64,000 bases of DNA, taken from positions 21,204,001-21,268,000 of the forward strand of contig OZ249437.1 in NCBI GenBank assembly GCA_965235115.1, read 5' to 3'. Of this stretch, positions 12,975-26,814 are shown one piece after another. Each line of letters begins with the position of its first letter. The first letter of the stretch is position 1. The notes under the pieces are model-generated. The model had not been told where the DNA came from and ran no database searches. It saw only the letters and a program-made list of their open reading frames with translations. A program made the position numbers and the translations under genes. This stretch comes from Laetmonice hystrix (lineage: Eukaryota).

Positions 12975-13180
12975 TGTCCGTGATTAATTAAATTGGGGGA
13001 ATTGGTTGGTAACAACCAATTTTGCCGAGTTATCAATCAATCCAATATGGACATGTTCACACGTGGTCAATCAATTACGGCTGCTCACCGTTTATCACTG
13101 CGATTGTTACTGGGGAGAGTGTAAAAGGCGGCACGATCAGGCCGGAGCCGGGCTGATTAAATGATGACATCTAATAAAAC
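12975..13180. promoter_or_regulatory. Candidate enhancer-like island rich in homeodomain-type motifs
   Basis: TGATTAATTAA, ATCAATCAA, CACGTG, TCAATCAATTA and TGATTAAAT within 200 bp; motif evidence only. Confidence 0.25.
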
Positions 13181-14029
13181 GTGGCGGCAAGTAAGCTGGT
13201 TCCGGACACATGGCCACGCGTCACCGTCCATCCACGTGTCAACTTTAGGCTTCATCGTCAAGTGGATGGAGCGGCAGTCCAGGCTCTACCGATCTCTGCC
13301 GATCTCTGCCGATCTCCGCCAATTCCAACCGATTGTCTTCGTCTGATTCAATTACGTCCCAATAAAAATCACATTAACGCAGTCTTGCCCGGCCTGGCAA
13401 TGGCTGCAGGCGGGCGGCGGGCGGCGAGAGGGTGCTCAGGCATGGTGCCACCGGGTTGCCTGGCTTTCAGGAATCTGAGTATTCTTTATATCTGGTCAAA
13501 TATTCATCACTTCTCTAACAAACCTTGCAGTTGTTACATTACCGTTTGTACGGTAGAAAGTAGACGTTTCTACATTTGTGTGTTTTTTGGAAGGAATGAC
13601 AGAATTTGCCAAACGACAATTTGTGGCTTTTTTTGTACGCTGTCTTGATTTATTAACTTTCTGCCACAAGATGTTATGCCACGTGTGGCGCGGCAGAAAA
13701 AGAAGTGTTGCCATCCTGCTTCCTGCTTCAAGACTTCACGAATTGTTTCTGTAATACGAAATTAACAATGGAAACCGACAATAAAGTGTATCGCGGCATG
13801 CAAGCTCTGTTTACACGAATCCGTATAAATAATTGCTGACACACCGCATCTATAAGGGCGTCCATTTATTATATCAATTGGATACATACCAGTGGGGGAT
13901 CCATGATTTTGATAAGGGGGACACCTAAAAGAAATTAGGGCCGAGAAGGCCTTTTGGGGACTATATAGGAGCCTAGGGCTTTTAAAACAAGAATTTTGTT
14001 GGAATCCTGGTTTCAGTGGCTGTTTTCCC

Positions 14030-14460
14030 TTCACCTTTCTGCTCCTGCTGCTTCTCCTTCTCCTGTTCCTTCTCCTTCTTCTACTCCACCCTGCTCCTGC
14101 TGCTTCTCCTTCTTCTGTTCCTTCTCCTTCTTCTGCTCCTGCTGCTCCTTCCCCTTCTACTACTCCACCCTGCTCCTGCTGCTTCTCCTTCTTCTGTTCC
14201 TTCTCCTTCTTCTGCTCCTGCTGCTCCTTCCCCTGCTCCTGCTGCTCCTGCTCCTTCTCCTGCTACACCCTGCTCCTGCTCCTGCTGCTCCTGCTGCTGC
14301 TCCTGCTGCTGCTCCTGCTGCTCCTGCTGCTTCTCCTGCTCCTGCTCCTGCTGCTCCTGCTCCTGCTGCTGCTCCTGCTGCTCCTGCTGCTTCTCCTTCT
14401 CCTGCTCCTGCTCCTGCTCCTGCAGCACCCTGCCCCTGCTGATGCTCCTGCTGCAGCTGC
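14030..14460. repeat. Pyrimidine-rich CTG/CTC/CTT simple repeat with an internal ~75-bp duplication
   Basis: Trinucleotide-periodic low complexity; segment near 14085-14155 is repeated near 14160-14235. Confidence 0.9.
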
Positions 14461-15480
14461 AGGCGGCTGGTGCTGATGGTGTGCCGGTGGTCGGGAGTCG
14501 TTAATCTCACACCGACGTGCCCAGTAACGGCTGACGGAGCGTACACCCACCGATAAACGATCGGCCGGCGCTGAAAGGCGCGCGCTCAAACGATGAACTA
14601 CTTTATTGTGCGCTACAGTTTCATTAAAAAGAAAAATAGCGTTGTGGGCCCGGGTGAGTTCATCGAAGCATGCTACGGATCGGGCCGACTCGATTCGTTA
14701 CCCGACGTGAGGCAATTTCACGCATTTTAACAAGGCTCGTTATTTACCTGAAGTTTACAACAGTTTCACGTGTTTTATCGGAGCAACGAGGCGCGCTTGA
14801 TGGAATTATGTCGAGGCGAGGGTCTCAATATGGAGGGACGCTGAGAGGGTCTCAATATGGAGGGACGCTGAGAGGGTGGAATCCATAGACAGTGGGCAGT
14901 CTGAGGCCGCATCAAGGGGTCGTGACTACTCGGGGCAGGGATGAAGGTGGGTACAGGGGAGAGGGCACGCCCGGGGATTGAGGTCTTTTTCACGTGGTCG
15001 GGCGACCGCAGACAAACCTTAACTCGTTGTCCATGTGGAAAAAACCGCGTGTAAAAAGAACCGCCGGTTTTGTAAAAGAAGGTAATGCTACAGTAAAAGT
15101 TGGTGGGTTCTGAATGAATCCGGATAGGATGTGGGGTAATAGGCGAGCCTGGGGTGTTGTTAGGGGGGTGTTAGGGCGGCAGGGGGGGTCGGGCGCGCGC
15201 CGCCGGCCATCACAAGACAAAAGACGGGACGAAGGGTGGCTGCAGCACAACAACGGTTTAACAACATCTTTGTCACCCGTCCGCGTGTGTTTTTAATTCA
15301 ACTTCACGGCTCCTCTCGAGCAAACTTCCTTTCAGAAGGCCCACAGTCTGCACGCCTGTACGGCTCGACCCCGCACGCTGAAAGAGCTTTCCGAGGGGTA
15401 GTTACTTCACACGGACCGAATCCTTTACAGCACCCGGCCGGGCTCGCCTCGCTGGAGGTAATCCAAGGTGCCGGAGGAGG

Positions 15481-16060
15481 CCGCTGGGGGACGGGGGGCG
15501 CGGCCGGGGAGACAGGCCGGGAGACAGGCCGGGGAGGCCGGGGAGACAGGCGGGGAGACAGGCCGGGGAGACAGGCGGGGGAGGCCGGGGAGACAGGCGG
15601 GGCAGGCGGCTGGGGGACGGGGGGGGGCGCGGCCGGGAAACAGGCGGGGGAGGCAGCTGGGGGACGGGGAGACAGGCCGGGAGACAGGCGGGGGAGGCCG
15701 GGGAGACAGGCGGGGCAGGCGGCTGGGGGACGGGGGGCGCGGCCGGGAAACAGGCGGGGGAGGCGGCTGGGGGACGGGGGGCGCGGCCGGGGAGACAGGC
15801 CGGGAGACAGGCGGGGGAGGCGGCTGGGGGACGGGGGACGAGGCCGGGGAGACAGGCGGGGGTGGCGGCTGGGGGACGCGGCCTGGGGAGGCCGGGGAAA
15901 CAGGCGGGGGAGGCCGGGGAGACAGGCGGGGGAGGCCGGGGAGACAGGCGGGGCAGACGGGGTAGGCGGCTGGGGGACGGGGGGGACGCGGCCGGGGAGA
16001 CAGGCCGGGAGACAGGCGGGGGACCCGGGCCGGGCGAGCGGGGCGGCCGGGCGAGCGGCG
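15481..16060. repeat. G-rich degenerate repeat (GGGGAGACAGGC / GGCGGCTGGGGGACG modules)
   Basis: Modular 12-15-bp G-rich subunits. Confidence 0.9.
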
Positions 16061-19000
16061 GGGCGGGGGTGGGGTGGGGGAGGCCGGCCGGGCAGATGGT
16101 CCGGGCGAACCAACCCGTATATCACGCACTCAGTCATTGTTGGCGCCATGTCGTAGACCACTCTGAATCTCCTCCGTTTCCCACACCATCTATTAAACAC
16201 CCAGACGATACTCGCCAGGTAAAATTGCAATCGTTTCACCGATTTACTCTAACCATGGCCCATCTGAGCTGAATGTCGCTACGATAGTCTAATGAACCCC
16301 TCATCTACACAGACGACTTCCCAGAATGAATAGGCAGGCGCGCGCTGAGACCAGACAGGGCCTGTAAAAGGTCATTAAGACCAATAACCAGCAACATAAG
16401 GTCTACATTGAACTTTAATTGTAACTGAGAGCGACAAGAAAGAGGGACGATTTCCCCCTTAACGTTTAATTGACGGTATACGACACTCAAGGTTAAACGC
16501 CGTACCCGCGTCAGCACCGCTGCACGGCGCCACTAGTCGGGAGCGTGCGCGCGCAGTCAGTTATGAAATGTGTCTGTGTCAATGACAGTTTGGTGTGTCA
16601 AGAGGGCTCAGACCTCGTCACAGTCATCATCGAGTTAGCCTAATCATTGCCGCCGGCCTCTGTATCAAAGACCCTGACACGGACCCGACAACCGCAAAAG
16701 GACAGCGTCTGTGTGAACCTTACACTACACCTGCAAACGCGGTGCATGTCGGGAAGACACTGCGCCTTTGATAGTGTTTATCGCTTCCGCAGACATTTAA
16801 AAAGGTGGAAATTGGAGCAAAAAGTGGGTTCACCGCTTCGTACGACAAGTGCGAGATTGTAATCGATGTCGACTCTATGTGACCATGAATGAATCTTAGA
16901 GCATTCTTGGTGTATATTATACGTATATATATAACGTAATGGACGTGAAGGGCTTTCATTGTATATTTAGAGCATATTTTTGTGTCCTCTTTGATGTAGG
17001 ATTGTGACGTGCACTATGGTGTTTAAAGGGGCCTATACATCCCAGAGAGCATGTAGATCTAGACCTATCCTAAAGACAGCAATATCTCTAATTTCATCCA
17101 CTGACGTAACGACAACATGTGATATTTGTATAACGTAAAGGTATAACGGAGACCTGGCAGAACAACTGGTTTGAATATTATGACCTAATCTTGCAAAAAA
17201 CTCGCAGTGACATAGGAAGCAATGTTTCATATATTTACTGCCCTATTTTCAGCATTTAGGCCCCTACCAATCAAGCAATGATCCAATGACATAAATTAGT
17301 CAAATAACGTACTTCTCGTTTCAGTGACGTATACCGACGTTTATTCAGATACGTCACATGACGTCACAAACTTCTGCTGATTTCTCCCGATAATAAGTTT
17401 TCTACACTAACGGATTCACAAGGGAATAGTGTTATTCTACGTACAACGGAAAGATTCTTATATCCTTGGACTGCTTGACTTGAACCTGACCCTTCCCGGG
17501 TAGAGTTGGCACAGACTTGACAGCAGCTGAAGAAAGCTGGCCTTTGGCCCATCAACCACATCAACACGTCCCCGCCGGAACGTCACAATTCAAACATCGC
17601 TCGGCCGTGACGGCGTTCTGACGGAACGTCATGACGTCAAAGACGCGACACGTCCATAACGGCTGTGAAAAATCACCTTCTGTTTTATCTTTAGAGGAGA
17701 GAGTGGAGCGAGGGGGCTGCACCAGAAACTGACGACAATTCATCATCGGTAACGTGCACACCTCATGGCAGCCGGTTTCAGCTTGCCTCTACAATACAAC
17801 CTGGCCCAGTGCCACCAGTAGGGACCAGGGTGACAATGTAACCCTCACCCCTCAACCCCACTGCCGACTCGACTCACACGCTCTTATACATGCAGAGAAC
17901 ATGACCTAAACACAGTCAGCAAAATTTCCTTTCAATTTGCTTAGAGATGAACCTATACTGAAGAAGGAGAAGACCAGCAAAGTCCTAGTATGCAGTTGTC
18001 AGTACAACCTTCCCTTGTAGGACTGTAAATTTGAAGAAAGCCGAGGCGAGTACCAAATGCGCGAGCCGTTCATGTGGCGGGGGAACGGGCCACGCCTCCC
18101 CCAGAATATTTTTTTAAATAATTTGGACGGCTAAAAATGTTGGGAATTTAGCCTCGGCTGCCTACATGCAATTATTTACGGCCCTGCCCTTGTCATGTAC
18201 AAAAGGTATGTCAATATGCGGTATAGATCTATTCGCGGCGTGGTATATAGGCCTAACATATGTACATTGTACCCTCATTGACCAAGTCCTCCAACATTTC
18301 ATGAGGTATACCATATTTCATATACAAATTTTATTGAGCCGTAAACAGATAAACTAGGGAATTGACCCCTTGGTTAATGGCTTTCAGTGCTGTACCACCT
18401 AGTGACCTGAAAGCCTCGGTTTCAACACCAGTCCCAGTCTCTCTCACGGTCTGCCGTGTAAGTAGTGCATGAAAAGTTGGGCACTGGGACCACTACGCAG
18501 AGGTCACAGCGCAGGTGTTCCGGAAGTTGTTGATTGTGCCGTAAGGTGGCGTCGTACATCAAGTCGGCAACTGGTGAATGGAGGAGGTGTGACCACTGCC
18601 ATACTGTGATGGTCCTATAGAAGACAATGTGCCACGTGTAAGTGTATCAATAGGACTGTGCCACACTGATGATCAATCTGACCCTCGCCCCATTCCTCGC
18701 CTCTTACGGTGTCCCCTGATCACTAAACGGGACATTCTGATGTGAACATTGACTGATGATTGATCTGTACAGTGTGAGGTCTCCCATCGCAGACGTTAGT
18801 GATTAAAGCGGTAGCTGGCCATAAAAGCAGCCAATCCGATTGTGCATATGGTGGCAAATTTAAATGCCTCAGTTCAGAGCTCTCTCTACTTTTGACCGTT
18901 TATCCAACAAGAATTTGCAGTGAAAACGAAATCGAAAGTTTGAAAAAATGATGCAGTAAGAGCTGTTGGGTGCCAGTGATTGACAGCTGTGACCCAGGCC

Positions 19001-20889
19001 ATGGCCCACTTCCGGCGTCTTATCAGCCAGAGTGAGACATACACTGGGGTATAAATAGACACAGCATGGATATTCAAGTGGCATCCTCAACTAAACCCCA
19101 CCCAATCTGTGCCGTTGGGGCCCCAGCAAATGTTAGGCCTTTAAAAGTGGCGTTCACTTGTCTGATTGTAAATTTAATCAAGTAGGCTTAGACCTGTACC
19201 TGTTTGAACCTTGAGGCAGAGGGAACTTACAGCGACAAACGTTTCCCGTCACATGGCAATAAGAAGATTTTACCTGACTGCAGAGAGATTGCTATTGCTA
19301 TCAAAAGTTCCTTCCGTCAGTTGGCTCTATTGACTGTTGGTATCAGGAATGTTGGATATTAAGACCAGCAATGCTTCCGGTGTGGTGCACCCTGGGAACA
19401 GGAACAGTATGAGACGCTGGGCCGCGCCACATTGTTCACGTCGGACGCGAGATCTCACGTGATCTTCTATACACCAACACGAACGGCTCGAGACGAAACA
19501 CAAACGACAAAATAAACGGAATCGTAATATCGTTGTCAAGGAGACGGTATAGGCCTACATATCGTCATTTCCTATTAATTTGATTATACATTCTGTAAAA
19601 CCAAATTTCAATTGGAAAGATCGGATCAGATTCTGGACAACAAGACGTTTACAATATACGGGAGGTTTCTATTTGACAGAATAGAAATCACGTCGTATCA
19701 ACTTATATAATTTGGCCCAAAGGATACAGTATTTCAAACCGGAAGTTGAGAAATTAACCACCCTACTTTTCGGTTATTCTGAAATGACATGACATGACAT
19801 CAATATTTGGGTCACACAATCAGAATGCATGAAGATGATGACTTTTTTAGGAGCGGTTGTGTCTGTTTCCAATTTTTATTGGGGAAAAAATCATCATGGC
19901 TAGAAGAGATTGGGTTTGACATGAAGCATGTGTAAGTATAGGGCAGTCGATAGAAACGTGCTGGCCCGGAGCCTGTAACATGGAAAGGTTATCTCGTTTC
20001 TTTCAATCACAGCGTTTGCACTGACAACTGTCTTCATACAAAGGTTGACTCTCAAAGTCGTAAACCTAACACCTGGATGTATGACGCCATTAAGTACACA
20101 CATATCATGACATCTCTCAACTCTTCATCACACTCTAACTGTATCCAAACGGTCTCGCTTATTTTCACACTATAATTTCGCATTGTTCGCTCGCCAGTAA
20201 TGTTTTTTCCGCACCTTGAACACCCCTACACGGCCAAATCTCGGTCAGTTTGGTGACAAGGCTAATTAGCGGTCGCTCGCCAGTCGCGCCGGCCTCAGAG
20301 CCGAGGTCACGACCCGGCGCTGAGTGACCTTGACCCTGGGGTTGTCAGGCTGACCGCGGTGGCCGACTCGTGAGGGGGGTCTGCGGTTAGTACCGCTCCC
20401 CGGCCGCCAGAGGCCGCCACAGATCATCAGCGCGGTGGGTTTGGCTCCGTATGGACACGCTCATCAAGTCCTCAGAACTTCTACCGTCAGCACAAAAGGC
20501 ATTCCTCGGGGGTGGACTGTTATTGTCTTAGGACGCCACCTGGCGGGAGGGTTGGTCGTAACCTTTCCCGCCATGGTGCGTTCACATGCTAGCAGTGGTG
20601 GGCGCCGTCCAAACATGTCAACTGTAGGATTCCACCCCGCCCCCGGGCTGGGTGGGGTATCTGCTGTCGTTACGGGTGTCTGTGAGGTCATTTCAGTGTA
20701 ACTCCATACAGGTCACTGCGTACTTCTGACCTGCTTACCCGGGCCCTATCTGCCTACCTCGTCCTGAAGATGGTCAACAGTTGCGACAGGGCGTAAAACA
20801 ACATAGCCACCAGCGTGACCTATCTATAGCACGTACCTGTACCTGTACACAACTACATCCTGTCGGGTCCCTTGGAATCTATCGCAAAA

Positions 20890-21035
20890 AGTAGGGGTTC
20901 GCCCCGGTGCGCGGGTTTCTTCCTATCATCTCATTATTATCACACAATGGAGTTCATCGACTAAGTTAGTTACCTTGTTCTCGCCCTGATATAGCTGAAA
21001 TACTAGCTGATGACTGGGCGTTAAACACCAACTAC
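20890..21035 (+). mobile_element. Possible SINE 3' portion
   Basis: Ends in GATATAGCTGAAATACTAGCTGATGACTGGGCGTTAAACACCAA, which from memory resembles 3' tails of lophotrochozoan tRNA-SINEs; no clear A/B boxes seen; needs a library search. Confidence 0.3.
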
Positions 21036-21905
21036 TCCTGTCGGCAAACTACTCCTGTCGGCAAACTGCCGCCCTGTTCTGTGTTCTACGTTACTAAAAT
21101 ATCCACATATATACTGCTGACTGGGCGTTAAACACCAACTACTCCTGTCGGCAAACTGCCGCCCTGTTCTGTGTTCTGCGTTACTAAAATATCCACATAT
21201 TATACTGCTGACTGGGCGTTAAACACCAACTACTCTTGTCGGCAAACTGCCGCCCTGTTCTGTGTTCTGCGTCACTAAAATATCCACATATTATACTGCT
21301 GACTGGGCGTTTAACACCAACTACTCCTGTCGGCAAACTGCCGCCTTGTTCTGTGTTCTGCGTTACTAAAATATCCACGCTGACTGGGCGTTACAGACCA
21401 ACTACTCCTGTCGGCAAACTGCCGCCCTGTTCTGTGTTCTGCGTCACTAAAATATCCACATATTATACTGCTGACTGGGCGTTTAACACCAACTACTCCT
21501 GTCGGCAAACTGCCGCCCTGTTCTGTGTTCTGCGTCACTAAAATATCCACATATTATACTGCTGACTGGGCGTTTAACACCAACTACTCCTGTCGGCAAA
21601 CTGCTGCCCTGTTCTGTGTTCTGCGTTACTAAAATATCCACGCTGACTGGGCGTTACAGACCAACTATTCCTGTCGGCAAACTGCCGCCCTGTTCTGTGT
21701 TCTGCGTTACTAAAATATCCACATATATACTGCTGACTGGGCGTTAAACACCAACTACTCCTGTCGGCAAACTGCCGCCCTGTTCTGTGTTCTGTGTTAC
21801 TAAAATATCCACATATTATACTGCTGACTGGGCGTTAAACACCAACTACTCCTGTCGGCAAACTGCCCTGTTCTGTGTTCTGCGTTACTAAAATATCCAC
21901 ATATA
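21011..21905. repeat. Minisatellite, 91-bp unit (shorter deletion variants) x~10
   Basis: AAACACCAACTACTCCTGTCGGCAAACTGCCGCCCTGTTCTGTGTTCTGCGTTACTAAAATATCCACATATTATACTGCTGACTGGGCGTT repeated. Confidence 0.96.
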
Positions 21906-24900
21906 TATGTAGTATAGATCGGTGTCATTATCGTTATCTGCGGGCCAGGACCTGTTTTTTTCTGATTATTTTTTTCGAATATCAGTTTCATCCCGATCCA
22001 GCGGCTCATGTACCTTAAACAGGGCGTGTACCTTTTCGGGATCTACATTCATTTTACATTTTCAAGTTGCTATCATGCGATTTTCCTCTCGAATGCAAAC
22101 CACAGCAGATAATGTTATCGCTGGGGGTAACATATCTGGCTGTTTGATGGTCCACTGAACGAGGTGGTGTTATAAATGTAATAAACACTTTATGCCGAAC
22201 CGCGTCGACTACAGTGGACAACTGTTAGTATACCGCGTTATGTGAATGCTTCCAATGTTCTTAAGATTTCCTGGTTTTAGGGGGCGAGGGGTGGGAGACG
22301 CTCTGAGGGAGTGAGGGTATGTCATTTACCCCTCCCGGTCTACATCCTGATTCACGCCATCACAATAACTCAAGCGCGTTACAATAATCTTTTCGCATAC
22401 GTCGGGACGATGACAACAATTGAATATACTATATCAAAAGATTCCCGATCGCCCCTGGTGCCTGGCAGCATTCCGTGTAATGGGGTCTAAACGTTTGTCA
22501 GTAGCGTTTTCAGGTGTGGCCGGGTCATTGTGAGTTATGAGTCCGATTGGTCGTAACCCGTCCACCCCCAACCCCCTACCCCCCGCCGTGGGGGTGCAGG
22601 GTAGGAGGGGGTGCTCCACCAACCCTGGGGGTACCAATACCACTGAACCCCTCCGTCGTGCACCTGGTCCTGGGCCCTGGACCCCCGCCCCCCCCCCCTA
22701 CCCAATCCTCACCCTGCCCTGTCCTGCAGCCTTCTCGGCTATACCTTCACAGTCGATACTCAATTATCCAATACAGCCATTCGTGCGCAAACGCCTTAAG
22801 TGGGACAAAATTAGAGTTTTTGGCCAAAAGCATACAGTGGTTTTATGGTATAGCCGGGGGGAGAAGACGCCCTGCGCCTTCCCCTTACTTCATAATGAGG
22901 TTATGTTATGTGCACAACATTATCAGTGTAAACATGCGGACATAGGCCCGGTTTTCTAAACGTGGCGAAGCGTACTGTGAGGAGATAAGTTGGCGTCAAA
23001 GCAGACCCTCACAACACAGGATTTCTGTTTGTCCGGGGCCGAGAAGGGAAAGTGTTTACCAATCGCAGACCGCTTACATTTCATATTTATATCCTACAGT
23101 CCACATGCCAGGCCAAGGCGCGTGCGCGTTCTTCGGAGGCGACAAAGTGGCATAGAGATCGGGCGTGTAACCATGGTAACGCCGTCACGTGACGGCCGTT
23201 CTCATTGTGACGTATTAGTTTGCCGTTAAAACGCCGCTGGGGGACGTGGATGAAGGAGGGCGGTAATAATTTAGTTTTACTTTGGGTCCGGTACTTTCTG
23301 AATGCGGCCATGATGAAATGGCCAGTGAAAGTATAAATTGACACCAGGGGGCGTGATAAGGGCATGTCCCGAACAGAAGGAGTCCGCCATGGGCGTCAGC
23401 CGGCGACTTGATAAAGATTTAGTCATAATAAACGTATTGTCATTGGTACAATCAAATGGGAAATGAAAACATAAATCTTACTAAATCTAGGCTTGCTATG
23501 AATTCAGGATTCAGAAAATAAATTATGGCCTTTTTGTGACGTTGAATTATCAGCCGCCGAGGTTCATTTTGTGATTTTGAGGTCTATACAGGGATTGTAT
23601 GGCGACGGTTGAAGTGCGGCAAGATTCTACCTATAATCGAGCCAATCACACGCGACATTACCAGCCGTCATGGAGCCGGCTCATCCTCCCACCTCAGCTG
23701 TTTCACGGACCAACGCCTTGAGCCGCCTCCGATAGAGGGCGTCACGCACCGACCAATCACTACACCGCTAATATTCACTGCTAATCACTAGCCAATAGAT
23801 GTGAATCCGGTCCCAGCTGAACGCCTTAACAAGGTTTGCGAGCAGTTGTCACAAAGGTCACCGCTAGGATAGAGCCACACCTGACCCCCGGCTGCCGCTT
23901 CTGTGTGTCCCACACCTGCGAGAATCATCAAGGATGAAGTAATGTGCATTATGTTTGACCATGGGACGCCAGCCGCCGACATATTGCTACCAGAAGCTCC
24001 CGCTCGCCCGCTTCCATTTAACAATGTTTAATGTTACCCTGAGGCCGTGGGACATCAGTGGGGGGTCTACCACCGCGCACTGCACGGTCAGTCAGCCACC
24101 GGGGCACGTGAAAGGTGTGAGCAGTCATTAGGGGTCTTTCACAAACATTGGCGTGGGGGCACTTGAGTGTCAAGTGGCGTATAGCTGGGTACTGTCAATA
24201 TTTGAGGGGCACACCTTGGCTTTGATGTCTCTACGTCTCGTTACGAGGTACATGTAACGACTAGGAGCGTCAAGCCAGTTCCTTGTGGTGTAACTCTCGC
24301 AGTTCATACGATGCCTTATCACCAACCAGACTCTCCAGTTGATCTTGTCTTGGTATATTGTTACTCTACCCCTCTGTGAATTCTTTCTTGGCTATGTCTC
24401 ACAATGGGACCTTCCATGGCTGGGCATTTTAGGTGGGCCACATTTTGAAATTTTGGACCTTTTCAAGAGCCAATGGAAGTCAGAACCAAAGCTGCATGAA
24501 TAGGTTGTAACTGCACAAAATTACGAATAAATATTGGCTGACATCTTGTTGAGGATCACTTTCAGGACCAAAAGTTGGACCTTTGGACCGTCTCAGATTT
24601 TGGATGGGGCATGCCCCCTGCCATTGTTAATGATTTAGCGTAGTCTGAATAAGCCAGCATAAAGATTATAAAGTTGGCCTAGTCGGTGTTCTCCGTTAAA
24701 ATTCTACGCCCGGGGGTCAGGTCAGATGTAACGGTCGCCCAATGAAACATGTACACAAATTGAGTGTCTTTGTACAAGATTCTCATGGGATTATCGAAGA
24801 CATGTATGTCCGGACTGGTGATACCAGGGTCTTACATTTCAATGACCTCTTCATAATCATGTAGTCGTGGCGAGGACGTGAGGCTGGGGTGACAGAGTAG

Positions 24901-25174
24901 GTAAAGTTTTGAGGGGTTCTGGTTCTGATGGTTTCTGGGTTCCACACAAACCCCTGACACAGTGTGGTCCCCAAGGCTGGGCGTATCCCACTTTGTCTAT
25001 GCAGTGTGACAAATATACATTGTCCCCCCTGAAAACGAGGCACGATGCTCCGTGTGAAACTTTCTATACGGAATGCCTTCCTTGTAAACGTCTATCATGC
25101 AAATTGTGAACGAATTAAAACGCTCTTAAGTAATCATCATAAAAACTATAACGAACTCAAACAAATTGGATTAA

Positions 25175-25469
25175 AGCTGCAGATGAAGTTCCTCAAAAAG
25201 TTACCGTTCTGACCGAACGCTATCTGCGAGGCGAGGCTCGTAAGGGATTCCCCTACATCCGACTAATGCACGCAGTACTGTCGGTATGGTCGTGTTTAGG
25301 ACAATCCCTACGAGCCTCACCTCTCAGATAGCGAACGGTCTGAACGGTAACGGGACGGCCAGTGGTAACTTCATTTTTCTATACTTTCACTCATCGTTCA
25401 AACATAAAATTTTAACATCGTGATACTCAGGGTAAAAGGTAACTGTTTTGAGGAACTTTATTTGCAGCT
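25175..25469. mobile_element. 295-bp TTAA-targeting MITE, Kolobok-like
   Basis: TTAA on both sides (25171-74, 25470-73); TIR AGCTGCAGATGAAGTTCCTCAAAA / TTTTGAGGAACTTTATTTGCAGCT (22/24); AG termini fit Kolobok rather than piggyBac (CCC); internal imperfect hairpin. Confidence 0.75.
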
Positions 25470-25752
25470 TTAAGAAAAATCACTCTTTTTGCTTCACCAA
25501 CAAAAACTTCTTTTAGGGAGGTGGCGATGATAGATATTCTTCATGGAATAACTATGTCAGTCCCAGCGACTGGAGGTATAACGTTGTCAGTGACATCAGT
25601 TTGGTGGTTGACAGACACAAAAAATGTTGTTCTTTGATTGACAATGATCCGTTGTTTTACTTGTACTTATAGTATGATAATATGATATAAGATTATTTGG
25701 GATCGTCCACATGGGAGGTGTCCCTAGCAGAGATATCTTTGTGTATGAATGG

Positions 25753-25995
25753 GTGATTGGTCCAGAGACTCAGTCCTCACGAGTCGGCTTGATTGGTCCA
25801 CAGACTCAGTCCCACAGACTCAGTCCTCACGAGTCGACTTGATTGGTCCACAGTCCTCACGAGTCGACTTGATTGGTCCACAGACTCAGTCCCACAGACT
25901 CAGTCCTCACGAGTCGACTTGATTGCTCCACAGACTCAGTCCTCACGAATCGACTTGATTGGTCCACAGACTCGGTCCTCACAAGACAACTTGAT
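25753..25995. repeat. Minisatellite, ~36-bp unit with 12-bp sub-duplications, ~6 copies
   Basis: GATTGGTCCACAGACTCAGTCCTCACGAGTCGACTT repeated. Confidence 0.9.
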
Positions 25996-26814
25996 TGTGA
26001 TGGGTCACGCATCATGAGTACACCTGATATGACCGTCAGAAATCTCAACACGTAGTCTGAATACGACAGTTTAAAAGATATAAAGTTGGCATTGTAGAAG
26101 TCGGACACAGGCCCGTGGATCTCTGGGCCTCTAGCTGCCCCGCTGTCTGATGTCGTAAAAGACCCCTTTTAGATGGGACCCCGCCAATTATTTATTTTGA
26201 GCATCGTCTTGTGGTGTAAGCTTGCATTTAGGGAAGGAGACACCAACGTCGGTGAACTGGCCGCTATATACATGTAAACACTAGAGAAACATACGATCTC
26301 AACCCGCATTTATCCACTCGAAGAAGAACTGTATAAGATAATGTGTTTTTGTCAGGGCACGCATACTTTCACATCCCCGCGTGATGACTGCAAGTTTAAC
26401 TTTCTCAGAATCCGATTGTGTGCGCCTTGTCCTGTACGGGCTGGTGGCAAACTGAGCAAATATATTTCGGCTTCCATTTCGCTCTGAATCAACACCAGTT
26501 TAAACCAATACAAACTTGACCGCACCACTTTCTGGCCTCAGCGATAAACTAAGATTTACAATATACTTCCTAAGATGTGGCTCTCAAAGAGTTAGACTGA
26601 CTCTGGATGGCACTTACAGACGGGCTTCCAAAGTTCGTTATGTTGACAGCGAGTGTTCTAGCGGATCCTTTCACAAAACACGCACACATTGAAACCATGC
26701 ACACATGGAGACCATTCACACATGGAGACCATGCACACATGAGCAAAGCGGATCCGATTTTGCGGCATTAACCGGGAAAGCCTATATAATAGGGAGTGCG
26801 GGAGGCAGGGAGGG

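Noticed and set aside
14081-14546. Poly-Q/E and poly-A/G ORFs
   Set aside because: Products of a trinucleotide-periodic simple repeat, open in most frames.
19284-19362. EIAIAIKSSF resembling a LINE endonuclease motif
   Set aside because: Short, bounded by stops, and no other ORF2 motif nearby.
20340-20810. Possible second SINE ending GTTGCGACAGGGCGTAAAACAA
   Set aside because: No A/B boxes, TSD or second copy visible in the window; cannot be supported without a library search.
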